A DNA stretch of 64,000 nt, from assembly GCF_964213995.1 (NCBI RefSeq), contig NC_135811.1, positions 99,820,001 through 99,884,000 on the forward strand, read 5' to 3'. The notes under the pieces are model-generated. The model made no database searches. It saw only the letters and a list, made by a program, of their open reading frames with translations, and was not told the DNA's origin. The stretch is from Mustelus asterias. Its lineage: Eukaryota. The position numbers and the translations under genes were made by a program. Below, in pieces: positions 1-12,330 of the stretch. The stretch's first letter is position 1. Each line of letters opens with the position of its first letter.

Positions 1-40
1 TTTTCTCTGCTGGAAAGTGGTGAATACAAGGCAGTGAGCA

Positions 41-335
41 ACCGAGAGCGTTGTCCGACCCGATTGTCTGCCCCTCTACCGCAGCCAAATTGGCAACCGG
101 GTGTCCCTGGAGAAGGAGCATGCGGTGTCCCAGGGCACCTTCAAGGCCTTCCATGCTCGTTGGGCACCGCAGGGAGTGGGTGTATTATTGACCCCTTTAA
201 TCACGTTTTGGTTTAATGCTTTAAATTTCCTTTCCACTTTGTTTTTCTTTTAGGCGGTTTCCTTTTTAGGGAGCTGCCCTTCTTGCTTTGTCCCTTAGTT
301 TGTTTAATTTAATTCAATTGATTTACCCAAAAGAG
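41..335 (+). mobile_element. 3' end of Tx1/L1-clade LINE (ORF2 C-terminus and T-rich 3' UTR)
   Basis: Reads DCLPLYR...RVSLEKEHAVSQGTFKAFHARWAPQG, resembling Tx1-type ORF2 C-termini, followed by a T-rich UTR. Confidence 0.55.
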
Positions 336-464
336 TGCTGTCTGTTACACTCCCAAATGGGTGAAGAGCCTGCTGAAACTCACTGTTACAAACTTAGAGA
401 GATAGATCAACCTTCGAGGCAACATCACAATAGATACACTGAGTAAGTACAGTTGAAGTAGGTG

Positions 465-768
465 GGTGGCACAGTGGTTAGCACTGCTGCCTCACAGCGC
501 TAGAGACCCAGGTTCAATTCCCGGCTTGGGTCACTGTCTGTGCGGAGTCTGCACCTTCTCTCCGTGTCTGCGTGGGTTTCCTCCGGATGCTCTGGTTTCC
601 TCCCGCAGTCCAAAGGATGTGCTGGTTCGATTGATTGGCCATGCTAAATTGCTCCTTAGTGTCAGGGGGATCAGCAGGGCTTAGAGGGATAGGGCCTGGG
701 TGTGATTGTGGTTGGTGCAGACTCAATGGGCCAAATGGCCTCCTTCTGTACTGTCGGGATTCTATGAA
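465..768 (+). mobile_element. V-SINE (HE1-like), CR1-type tail A
   Basis: tRNA-like head GTGGCACAGTGGTTAGCACTGCTGCCTCACAG with B-box GGTTCAATTCC, V-domain GTGGGTTTCCTCCGG, tail GGCCTCCTTCTGTACTG...GATTCTATG. Confidence 0.9.
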
Positions 769-884
769 AAACATTCAGAATAGCCAATTATTGAAGGAAG
801 AGTAGTTTCAAGCCAAGATTGGATCTATATGTTTCAATCTGGGCCCTGGGATCAGCGGTGTATATTGGATCTATATTCCCTGTA

Positions 885-1210
885 GTTTAAAAATATTGGG
901 AGGTGATCTCATTGATCCTGAAGGAGCTTGACTGGGTCAACATACAGGTTGTTCCCCAGGCTGGGGAAATGGACAAGACAACATTACAGTTTCAGGATAA
1001 GAGGTAGTTTATTTAGAACCAAACAGGAGAAACTTCTTCGCTCGTAGGATGGTGAATCTTTGAATTCTCTATCCCAGAGGGTTAGCGATATTGCATTGCT
1101 GAATAAATTTAAGACTGAGATCAACAAACTTTTGGTTTCTCAGGATAGAGGGATATGAGAAGTAGCATTGAAGCTGAAGACCAGCTTTTGCTCCAACACT
1201 GCTCCTCCAT
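885..1210 (+). mobile_element. Degenerate CR1 LINE 3' fragment
   Basis: aggtgatctcattga...ttcaggataagaggt...gaaacttcttc...ggtgaatctttgaattctctatcccagagg resembles the ORF2 3' end of the younger CR1 copies in the window. Confidence 0.65.
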
Positions 1211-1504
1211 TTGATCTTAATCTTCAGTGCATTGACATTAATTGGAATTTAAATTGGCGCTTGGTGTGCGACCGAATGTCTTTAGAATTTGCAAATTAGT
1301 TCTTTGCAGGTGATGGCTGGTTTTCTTCGCAGTTCTGTGTAATATTGGGACATCCAGATTCAATCAGGACAGATAAAAGCGGGCTGTGAATAGCAAACGG
1401 CTGAAATTTCATCTTTGTTGATGATGACTACATTGTGCCTCCTTGGTGTTCAAGGTTACGGTATCTTGTAGGCATTGATGCGCCCTCCTTACACATCAAG
1501 AAAG

Positions 1505-2300
1505 AGAGAACCTGTTTTTGTATTGCAGCTTTCATGATTTCAGATGTCCAAAAGCGCTCAACAGCCAATGAAGCACTTTTGAAGTGTGATTTGTGTTTTT
1601 AACATCGGGAAACACACAAGCCAGTTTGCACAGAGTGAAGTCCCACCAGCAGCAGTGAGATAAATCGTCTGCGTTAAAGTGACTGCTGAATGCAGTTGGC
1701 CAGGACACCAGTAAAATTCCTCCTGCGCTTCTTCAAAAGGTGTCATGGGATCTTTTACGTTTGTCTGAGAGGATAGACAGGGGCCTCAGTGAAGTGGATG
1801 GGATTATCTGGCCCTTCTCGATTGGGATCTTCTGGTCCCAAAGAGGAGGGAGGGGGAAATCCCAGCCACATCTCATCTGAAAGACGACATGGGCAGCACG
1901 GTGGCACAGTGGTTAGCACTGCTGCTTCACAGCGCCAAGGACCTGGCTTGGGTCACTGTCTGTGTGGAGTTTGCACGTTCTCCCCGTGTCTACGTGGGTT
2001 TTCTCCAGTTGCTCCAGTTTCCTCCCACATTCTGAAAGACGCGCTGGTTAGGTGCATTGACCCGAAAAGGCACCTGAGTGTGGCGACTAGGGGAATTTCA
2101 CAGTAACTTCATTGCAGTGTTAATGTAAGCCTTACTTGTGACTAAAATAAATAAACTTTAAAAAAAGACACTGCCGATAACGCAGCGCTTCCACCAGCCT
2201 CAGCTCAACACTGCCGAGTAGCAGTATAGATTAGGTGCACAAGTTGCTGGAATGGGCATGACAAAATGACTTTCTAACTTGGAGGTGAGAGTACTATCAC
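1505..2300 (-). mobile_element. Old DeuSINE (SacSINE1-like), interrupted by a V-SINE
   Basis: Reverse complement of the element at 51333-51790 (acagccaatgaag, gccagtttgcaca, ggccaggacacc, cttcttcaaa, tctcatctgaaagac). Confidence 0.7.
1891..2165 (+). mobile_element. V-SINE, alternative tail B
   Basis: Same head/V-domain; tail GTGTGGCGACTAGGGGAATTTCACAGTAAC...CTTGTGACTAAAATAAATAAACTTTA. Confidence 0.9.
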
Positions 2301-3242
2301 AGAGTGGGGTTTGACAATTGTCTGTGTCAGGCGGGGAATTATTTTAGCTTGTGATTTGAATCTTTGTGTCTCGCTTCACAATTTCACTGCAAGTGTTAAA
2401 CAGAGAAAATATTTCCCGAGTTATTTCACTTGGCGTTTCTCCTGTCGCTCAGCTTTTCAAATCTCACTACAGCAGGAATTATTGGTGGATGATCCAGTTG
2501 CAGCTGTCTTTCCTGTCAGTGTTTTATCCTCGGATTCAAAGGCACCGGATTGCAACCCGGCTTGGTGAATGCCAGCCAGTGTGCTTTTTTTCCTAACGTT
2601 TCATCCCCCATTGTCAGTAGGTTTTAAGAAAATTTGTCATAACAGTTTTTCCTTCCCTCCCACAGTAATTTTGAATGTCTACATCTTGCCATGATTCTGT
2701 AGCTTGCCAACAGCTGTAAAGACTATAATCAGGAAATTGAGGCAGGGATTTTGAAGTGGTTATGTTGACTGATAACTAGAAAATGACAGCCACGAGATAT
2801 TGATCGAAGTCCTTGCTTCTGACTCATCCAAAGTTGTGTTATACTGGATACTTCTCTCGGTTTGTACTATTGAACATTTGAGCCTGGACTCCAGCCATAA
2901 GAAAGCATTCCTTTACAAAGAGTATTCCCATCTGATAAATTATCTTGAAAAGCTGTAGAGATGCATGAAGTTGCAGAAAGGAGGAGTAGCGAGGCCACGG
3001 AGAGATTTGATAAGTGGAAGGTGAATTTTCAAGTTTGGAGTATTGGTGGACCAGGGGCAAATGTAAGTTGGTCATTCCCAAGTTTATCACGCTATTCATT
3101 TCTGAACAGTGATGCATTCTGATTCTCTTGCAACATGCCATATGCAAGGAGGATTAAGAGTTGGTGGCCTGAGCCCTCCACTGTTTCCACCCTTGCATCA
3201 GAGCAGAAGATGGATATTATGGTCAAGATAGAGTATGGTGGG

Positions 3243-3454
3243 TGTAATAACTCCACGGAGGCGAAAATCCCGTCACCAAGTTACTTTATTTACACCATAC
3301 ATCTGTACACAGCCAGCTCTCCATTTGCTCCCTGCTGAATGCAGACTGGGAGTCTTTGACACACCTGCTTTAAATAAGGAGCATGAGGCTCCCTGATTTA
3401 ATCATCAATTAGGAGTTCATACTCTCGCAAGCCAACCTGGCTGAAGCCATCACA
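3243..3454 (-). mobile_element. Solo LTR
   Basis: TG...CA ends, perfect 5-bp target duplication GTGGG (3238-3242 and 3455-3459), AATAAA on the minus strand near 3285. Confidence 0.75.
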
Positions 3455-3770
3455 GTGGGACAAGATGGGAAGTAGGAGAGAAACTAGAGAAAGGCATAGG
3501 GCAGGACAAAACCTTCAGGGTGGTTTGGCTTGTTAGAATGGGATGTGGCAGTTGAATGGGATGGCCTTACTACTGGTGACAACAAAGTTCATGAGCTTCT
3601 TGCACTTGTTGGTGGAGGTGAGGGGAGAGGAGATCAAGGAGACTATTGATAGCGGAGAAGGAAAGCCAGGAGTTATCTCTACATTCCTTAATGATCCTGA
3701 AATAGTGAACATGTTTTGCCCGAGGAGATCAGGGCCTGATAGTGCTTGATTTGGTCTACCCAATGCCTCC

Positions 3771-4011
3771 ATGATGTGGAGATGCTGGCGTTGGACTGGG
3801 GTAAACACTGTAAGGAGTCTAACAACACCAGGTTAAAGTCCAACAGGTTTATTTCGTAGCAAATGCCACTGGCTTTCGGAGCGCTGCTCCTTCGTCAGGT
3901 GAGTGGGAGATCTCCCACTCACCTGACGAAGGAGCAACGCTCCGAAAGCTAGTGGCGTTTGCTACCAAATAAACCTGTTGGACTTTAACTTGGTGTTGTT
4001 AGACTCCTTAC
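3771..4011. mobile_element. Penelope-like element end in fold-back arrangement with two hammerhead-like motifs
   Basis: 101-bp arms 3810-3910/3911-4011 centred on GAGA|TCTC; the arm sequence matches the 3' part of the GIY-YIG-bearing fragment at 24695-25013. Confidence 0.85.
3919..3955 (+). ncRNA. Minimal type I hammerhead ribozyme motif (PLE-associated)
   Basis: tcac-CTGACGA-a-GGAGC-aac-GCTCC-GAAA-GC-TA-gtgg: intact core boxes, 5-bp stem II, palindromic AGCT stem III, 4-bp stem I. Confidence 0.75.
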
Positions 4012-4292
4012 AACAAATGCCCAACCATAAATATTCAAATCTGTGCCTCTTGGACTTAAGGGGGTAAAGACAAGGAAACAACCATGGCTGGGGGGGGGGG
4101 GGGGGGGGTGCTGGAGTTATCCTGGTGGACTTCGATAGAATTATATCACGATAATACTGATTGTCAGCAATTAAAGTTAATAGAACAATAAAATCCAAAT
4201 GTGAAACTATTGAAGAAACCAGAGGATTGTGCTACAGGATAAATATCGACTAAACTCACCCAATGGCAGCACTTAAAAATGTTACAGTATAT

Positions 4293-4633
4293 ACGGTAGC
4301 ACAGTGGTTAGCACTACTGCTTCACAGCTCCAGGGACCTGGGTTCGATTCCCGGCTTGGGTCACTGTCTGTGTGGAGTTTGCACATTCTCCTCGTGTCTG
4401 CGTGGGTTTCCTCCGGGTGCTCCGGTTTCCTCCCGCAGTCCAAAGATGTGCGGGTTAGGTTGATTGGCCATGCTAAAATTGCCCCTTAGAGTCCTAGGTA
4501 GGTTAGAGGGATTAGTGGGTAAATATGTAGGGATATGGGGGTAGGGCCTGGGTGGGATTGTGGTCGGTGCAGACTCGATGGGCCAAATGGCCTCTTTCTG
4601 CACTGTAGGGTTTCTATGATTCCATGATTCTAT
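4293..4633 (+). mobile_element. V-SINE (HE1-like), tail A
   Basis: Full head, V-domain and tail ending TTCTATGATTCCATGATTCTAT. Confidence 0.9.
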
Positions 4634-4987
4634 ATTGAAAATAAATGCAAGTGTAATCATTTTTTATGTTGCATCAGGCAGTGTAAAATTGAAATAAAAT
4701 GCATTCAACATAGTTAAGCTGTGGCAATCATGATAGCTTGATGGCCCACATACTTCAGTTCATGTTCGGTTTATGTACATTTTGTTAATGTTTTCATGAT
4801 GGAAGTCAAATGAGGATTGGAGAAACAGAAATCTGCATTCTCCGACCCATTCTCCCTTTGAATGTAATTCTCTGTAAAGAGTGTGATTTACTGCATGACA
4901 ATTCAATGTTTAATGGTCAGCTTCCAGTTGCCAGCATACTTGATAATACTTCGCCAAAAACAAGCCTTGTCTCAATGTGCCTTCTGA

Positions 4988-5278
<291 letters not shown>

Positions 5279-6459
5279 TGAGGTATTTTCGCTTTGCTGT
5301 GCCAGAGTCAGGAGAGTGGTGCAATAATATCTCCCCCGATTGCTGTTCTTCACTGTTTGTTTTTCAACCACTATCAATTTCTATCGGGGCACCAGTCAGA
5401 ACGGGTGCTAGTGAATCAGTGGGAGTATTTGAGCCCCTCGTAAAAGTGGGTCCCTGTCATCATGGGAACAAGGAGAGTTGACCTCTATCACAGAATTGTT
5501 ACAGTGCAGAAGGAGACTGTATACATTAGCAACATAGGTCAAATGCCAGGGAGAGGGGTGTTTGCCATCAGCAGTATTCTTACTTGCAGAAATGCCCTTA
5601 AGGACATAATTACTCCACCTTACACTTCCAAAAACATTAACTGTTCTGATATTCCAAAAAGATAAACCTGACCCAAATTTAAAATTATTTTTTCCATTAT
5701 TTTGCAGCCTTCATTAGCCATCATTATGAAGGGAATCTCATCCCTACCCACCGGTAGCCCCAACGATAGACAGAATTTAATCTTAAGTGTACCCACCTCA
5801 CTCCCCAAGTCTATCAAAATATGTAATACTGACCCATAACACTTGCCTGCCACTGAATTATAGTTTGGCATTTTCATTAGAATTGTTAAAACACATGTAT
5901 GATCACTGCATTTCTTCCTTTAGGGTCTTTTATTTGTGGTATGCCTTGTTTTCACTCTAGTTAAAGAGTTGAATGATGACACTGCTCGTATTTGACAATC
6001 CAGGCCCAAGCATGAACTGCATTCCAGACAGGCAACACTCACAGTAAAGAAAACAGCTGATGAAAAATGGATACCAGCTTTGGGGTAGGGGTGGGAAACT
6101 TGGATTTTGCTACTCAATCCAAAAGATTATTTTTACTCTCACCCATGTTTCGGCACTTAATCCTGCTCTTCATCAACCATTCCTCCACAGTGAAATCCAT
6201 TGTAGTTTAGGTCAAAAGGGTATACAAATTCAACCATTATGAAGTGGTCAGTGAAAAAATACTACACAAGTACATTTAGTTTGTGCATGCAAAGTGATAA
6301 TGAGAGTTATGAGACAGCTACCTGTAAATGTTGCAAATATTATTATCAGAGATTTACATTGGAAATAGTGCTCATCCCTTTCAGAACAGGTGATCACCAC
6401 TTGGCTGGTACAAGAGTGATCCGCGTGATATTTTTTTCCTGGTTAAATCTGCAACCAAC

Positions 6460-6830
6460 ACACTTAGAAGGCTGTGGGTTCAAAGTAAATTACGAATCGG
6501 GCAGATAAAATACGCTGATATTCCGGTGTAGTAATAAGGAAGTGCAACAGTGTTGGAGATCTCATCCTTACGATGAGATGTTAAACTATACTTTGTCTGC
6601 CTGTTCAGGTGGGCATTCAAGATTAGAGGCCCCATTCAAAGACAAAACAGGGTGGTGTTCTTTCCTCAACCAAAAATAGATCAGCTGATCATTTGTGGAA
6701 TCTTTCTGTGTGCAAAATGACTGCCATATTTACCTACATAGCAACAGTAACTACACCTCAAAGAGCTATTGATTGTATGTGAAGTGCTTTAGGATTAATG
6801 TGGTAAGGCACAGTATGATCCAAGCTCTTT
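6460..6830 (+). mobile_element. Degenerate DeuSINE (SacSINE1-like)
   Basis: Colinear similarity to 51333-51790 (gatgagatgttaaac, tttgtggaatctttctgtgtgcaaaatgactgcc, cagtaactacac). Confidence 0.65.
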
Positions 6831-7832
6831 ATTCTGTGTTGTAACATTTGACAGAAAGCATGTTTGTCTTTCAAGAAGTGAGCAAGTTCACGGGTCTTTC
6901 AGACCCATTCAACGTGCATTTTGCTCCCCTCCCTTTGAGAAAAGGATTAACGTAACCGTGCCTCTGTCACATGCAAGGTAAATGATTAAAATAAAAGAAA
7001 TCCTCTCAGCTAGAGACATAGAAAAGAAGCCCCTTTTTATTTGGTCATAATGAGACTGTTTGGTGATTTCCACAACTGCAGTAACATGTTTTATTGAATG
7101 AAAGAAAAGTAAAAATTAAGATTCTTTTCAATGACTTAATCTCTTGTCACATTTATGGAGCTGAAAGGGAGACATTCCTTTGGCTAATGGAGTCTTTCAG
7201 CGATTTTCTTTGGGGCAGAATCGGCTTTGAGCTGCCATTGGCGGATTTACAAACAGTGATAGTTCTTGGCAAACACCTCAACAACACAGGTTCAAGTGGA
7301 GGAGCAGAAACTTAATTTAAACATTGAATGAAATACATTGTTGATGAAGCTTTGAATTTTTTGATTTGAACAGTGCCAAGTGATGCAGTTACTTGAGATT
7401 GAGGTTGCGGGGGGGGAGGAAGAGAATTGTGACCTGTAGGAGGTTTAAGTAACAAGAATGTTAGGAAGTTATTTGTAGTTTCCTGAGTAACTGGGCATGA
7501 CTTTGTAGTCTAATTTATGTGAGTTTCTCCTCTGGCATAGATCTCAGACAGCTCTGCCAAAATGTTTTTGAGTAAGAGTCATGGTAGATTCTTATGTCTG
7601 TGGAACAGGTTTATGCTTTTAATAATTGAAAGTAGTTTGATGCATCAAAATGTTCAGCTTGTACATTCTTGTACATTTAAGTGTTAACTGAAAATTTATG
7701 CTCTTAATTGCCTTATAGTGTAATTCATGCCAAAGTGCCAGCGTTAAGAATAGAATGGGATTTTTTTTTTCATCTAATACTTTGCGGTTGATTTGGCAAG
7801 TTTGAGTTCCTTCAATGGTTTAATAAAGATCC

Positions 7833-7967
7833 TGGGCAGAATCTTACGGCTGTTCACTCCAGCGGGATTTTCTGATCCCGCTGCAGTGAACGCAATTTGC
7901 CTGGTGCCAACCTCGCCATCCTCTCTGCAGTGGCAGCAAGGCGTGAAAGGCCGGTAAGATCGCTCCC
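7833..7967. mobile_element. ~135-bp MITE with imperfect TIRs (copy 1)
   Basis: GGGCAGAATCTTACGGC...GCCGGTAAGATCGCTCCC; similar copies at 17869-18002 and 32255-32388. Confidence 0.7.
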
Positions 7968-8376
7968 AAAATCTTTCATCATTGATACTATTAACTTGGG
8001 TTGGACTCCACTGGGTTGCATGTCAAGCACTTAATTTGGCCTCAGAACCCCTGCATTCGAGAGAGAAAAAACGGCTGGTGTTTCCGATCCTGATCATTAT
8101 CGAGGGACCTCCTGGAGTCCCTCAAGAATCAATCCTCGGCCATCTTCCTATTTCTCATCTACACTTTGCCCATCAGTGGCCTAAGCCCTTTTTTAAATTA
8201 GAAATATATCTATCTCCTTCTTGAAACCATTCAACCATTCAGCCTCCGCTTAATTCGCCCCATGTAATAAATCTTGATCTGTTTTAAGTTATGAGTAACA
8301 GGGAAAGTTGTTTCCATTACCTTCTACTATTGTCCAATTACAAAGTGGCAGTTTAAGCCATCTGACCATCCTGCAA

Positions 8377-8495
8377 GGGTAGCACAGTGGTTAGCACTGC
8401 TGCCTCACAGCGCCAGGGACCTGTTCGATTCCCGGCTTGGGTCACTCTATGTGCGAAGTCTGCACATTTTTCCCATGTTTGTGTGGGTTTCCTCC
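8377..8495 (+). mobile_element. V-SINE 5' fragment
   Basis: Head and start of V-domain only. Confidence 0.8.
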
Positions 8496-8704
8496 AGAAG
8501 GTACCTTTCAGACCCCTATGGAGTGCAAGTTTTCCAAAAACAAAACCATGTCAACTTCTGACTCCATGGAAATGACCATTTTTTAATGTTTCCAACTAGT
8601 ATTTTTGTACTGTCGCTTACTTTGTCTATAGTTTGGCACATTTACCTTACACATCCAAAGACACTGTCCCTTTACTTGAGAGTCATCTTAAAATACCACT
8701 AAAT

Positions 8705-9000
8705 ATGGTGGCACAGTGGTTAGCACTGCTGCCTCACAGCGCCAGGGACCCGGGTTCAATTCCTGGTTTGGGTCACTGTCTGCGTGGAGTCTGCACATTC
8801 TCCCCGTGCCTGTGTGGGTTTCCTCCGGGTGCTCCAGTTTCCTCCCACAATCCAAATACGTGCTGGTTAGGTGCATTGGCCATGCTAAATTCTCCCTCAG
8901 TGTACCCGAACAGGCACCGGAGTGTGGCGACTAGGGAATTTTCACAGTAACTTCATTGCAGTGTGAATGTAAGCCTACTTGTGACTAATAAATAAACTTT
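8705..9000 (+). mobile_element. V-SINE, tail B
   Basis: Full head, V-domain and tail ending GTGACTAATAAATAAACTTT. Confidence 0.9.
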
Positions 9001-9993
9001 ACTACTTACTGTTGTTAGTTCTTCAAATTGATCTATCCTAATCCAATTTTCCTACCTTTTATTTGTATTCTTGTAAATCTTCCTTTTCAAATATTTAGCC
9101 AATTTAATTTTAAGTGACGTATAGCCTCTACCTAAAGAGCTTTTGTACTAAAACATTACATATTTTAAAAATCCTCTACAAAAAATTGCTTCTAACTTCC
9201 CCCTGCATTCCTCTAATGATAATATTCTTTGGCTTTTTCTTACCAATTTGCAAATCGAATGAAACATTCTCTTCCTGTTCACTAGTGTTGCTGCAGCATG
9301 TACAGTAATAGGGTTTGGGAAACCTTTGAGTTGGTCCTTGAGACCTCGAGCTTTCTTGAAGACATTTGTCCTTGTTACTACCTTCTGTGTCTACATCCAA
9401 ATAACTGATGGAGGCGATGTGATTATTTTTGTAAACTAGTGTTAGGATCCACAGTCTTTGGCCATTTTACAATCTGAATCAGATGAGATCAACAGCATTG
9501 TGGAACATCAAAAAGCATTTCATTGTTAAAACATAGCACCATGTGTTCGATACATGTTCTAGCCAAAGTTTGCTTCCCCTCAAATTCTGCAAGTGGGTGG
9601 GATTTACAAAAGAAATATGCAAACAACTATCATTTTAGACCACAGCATATTCCAGTACTTCCTTGGATCATGGACATCAAGATATCTTGCCTGTGACAAT
9701 TTGATTGTTCCCATACCAAAAGTGGAGATTGCATTCAATTATCATTGACCACACGCAACAAAAACATTGGAAAGGGATGGCATATTTAGCTGGCTCTACC
9801 AGCATTAAACTCAGGCTGCTGTTGTTCTTCTGAGCCACATTAACCCTTTCATAGATTGGTGTTACCTAAATGTTAACATGAACGTGTCTGAGGCATGATC
9901 CTCAGCACATCTTCATTATACATTCTGCATATTAGTTTCCTCCTGAACAGCATATAACGTCGACAAACACCAAGATCATATAACATATTGGGT

Positions 9994-10720
9994 GGGGGGA
10001 TCTTAACAAAAAGATTCTAAGTGTCGAACGAGTGGGAAAACGGGAGACAATCGCACCCATTTTTTAGGCGAGCTCTCGGACACAATCATACGGCACTTAG
10101 TGCAAAAAAAGGACATTGGCCGGTATTTTACTGGTACGCTCGCCCCGATTCCAGGGGCGGGCGAGGCTCAGAGAATGGCATTCTCCATTGGCCTCTGGCG
10201 GGATCGTACGAATCTTGGGTGGATGTGCCAGTAAAATTCCGCCCAAAGCATGAATCACGCCAGTAGGGGGAGTGGCGGAGTCTATTCTCACCAGGGAACT
10301 GGCTGCTGACTGCAAGATGCGCGATTGCGCATGCACCTTGATCTCTCAGTATTCTGTTTACAGATGTACACAGAACATTGCGAGGTCTGTCAGTACCTCC
10401 ACCCACCCCCGGATGTTGGCCCCCCTACCCCCCAACGATCATTGGATCCCTGGCCAACCGCCACCCCAAAACTCCGCCCCTGCCCCCAACCACCAGGGGG
10501 GCTTCAATGGCTTACGGTCTCACCAGCGAGGCCATCACGACAGGTCCCCCATTGCTGGGGATCTTACATGACCCTCGCCAGCGAGGACCTCCATCAGCAA
10601 GAAACCGCACACGCATCCTGTTTTTTGCCCCTCTCGCAGTCTTACTGGCTTGCCATGCCGATCGACCGGCGTGACGAACTGGTAAGATGCTGCCCCCCCC
10701 CCCCCCCCATGAACTCCAAC
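9994..10720. mobile_element. GC/CpG-rich non-autonomous DNA transposon fragment (possibly PIF/Harbinger-like)
   Basis: Abrupt GC/CpG-rich island starting GGGGGGATCTTAAC, with no coherent ORF. The family assignment is an inference from the terminal sequence. Confidence 0.45.
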
Positions 10721-12137
10721 ACAAGTCATTCCTATGCTTCCAGGCAGATTCATCAAAAGATCGGCAAGTGTCTGGATGCCTATGATTAACATCCCGTGTA
10801 TAAGTTACTGACCTGGTTATAAAATACATGCTGCTCATTGTTCAGTACAGACATGGGCACAACCATCACAAGATGAAGCTTTTACCTGACTTTCTCTAGA
10901 TAGTGCATTGATTGTTTATTGGATAGCCTTTGGGGTTATTCCTCGGTGATATATGTTTCTTCGGGATATATTCACTTTTTTTCCTCCACTTGGTCAGAAA
11001 AACTATTAAAGTCTGAAATAAAGGAACAGAAAATCCATTGTGGCTCTTCTGGAGAGCCCTTGAATGGGTTAATCTGCATAATGTGCATTTGACAATTTTC
11101 GAATGCCCTTCTGCCACCACAGGGAATGTAGTTAGTAAATCTTCACTCAAATTAAGTACAAACACTTCAACAAAATCTCTTATGACAGCCTAATTTTATT
11201 CAGCACTGCAATTTAGCAAAATGTTGATCTGTAAATATTCAAGCAAATCTTAATTCTAATCAAACAGGTGAATAAAAATCTGTTTATTAAAAATCTGAGT
11301 TTCTTGACTGCAAACTTTGAAAACCTTGGGAAAGTCAGCCACGGTAAAAGCTTCAAACATCCAGTGTGCAAATTTAAATAAGCTGTGCATTAAAATAATG
11401 TCACTTGATTTTAAAACTGACCCCCAAAACTTCCTTTCTCCTTTATTTTATCTCCCTTTTCATTTAATGGTGGTGTAAAATGTCCTCTGGGTTTATAAAA
11501 CTTGTTGCAACAATTTAACATAAAATAAAACTTGCAGAAATATTATCACACAATTATTCCATAATTTGCCTGATCAAAGCATATGAATTCTACCAAAATA
11601 AATTTCAGCCTGAAGTGGGTTTGGTCTGTTTAATTTCTGGTTCTCAAACTTTATCAATGACAGCAGAAAAGTCTTCCCCAACTTTTACCAGTTCTGCCTT
11701 TTATCAACAATACCACAGGCTCACTTTATAAAGAACTTGCATCCTTAGAAAATGAAAGTGTGTTAAAACATGCAGAAACAGTGACTTCTATTTTTGTGAG
11801 AAACCCTATCCTATTAGGAAAGACAGAATTTTAGCTCATCACATTTAAAATAAAAACAAGAAGTGTTTCCTACTTATGTCCCATCTGTACACAAGGCCTT
11901 GCCTTTGTTTGTTTCATATTCATTTCAATTTTTTGTGAATCGCTTCATCCTCCTTTTGGAGTTGAAAGGCGTTCAAAACATCTTATTTTAGTAACTTTCC
12001 TGAGAGCAGGTAAATAGGCGTGGGTTCAGTCAGTACAGATCAATCTGAAAATATCTCTGTGTCTTGGATGGCAGAAGATCTCCCAGGACTTCTCTAGACT
12101 TGGGTCATTCTTGGTCACGGTTGCAAGACTTTAAGAC

Positions 12138-12330
12138 CATAAGACATAAGAGCAGAATTAGGCCACTCGGCCCATCGAGACTGCTCCGCCATTCAACCCT
12201 GGCTGATATTTTTCTCGTCCCCATTCTCCTGCCTTTTCCCCATAACCTCTGATCCCCTTATTAATCAAGAACCTATCTATCTCTGTCTTAAAGACACTCA
12301 ATGACCCGGCCTCCACAGCCTTCTGTGGCA
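12138..12330 (-). mobile_element. CR1 LINE 3' fragment
   Basis: CATAAGACATAAGAGCAGAATTAGGCC tail followed by the reverse complement of the ORF2 end. Confidence 0.8.

Noticed and set aside
465-540. tRNA-like sequences with A and B boxes, recurring many times
   Set aside because: They are SINE heads followed by V-domains, not tRNA genes.
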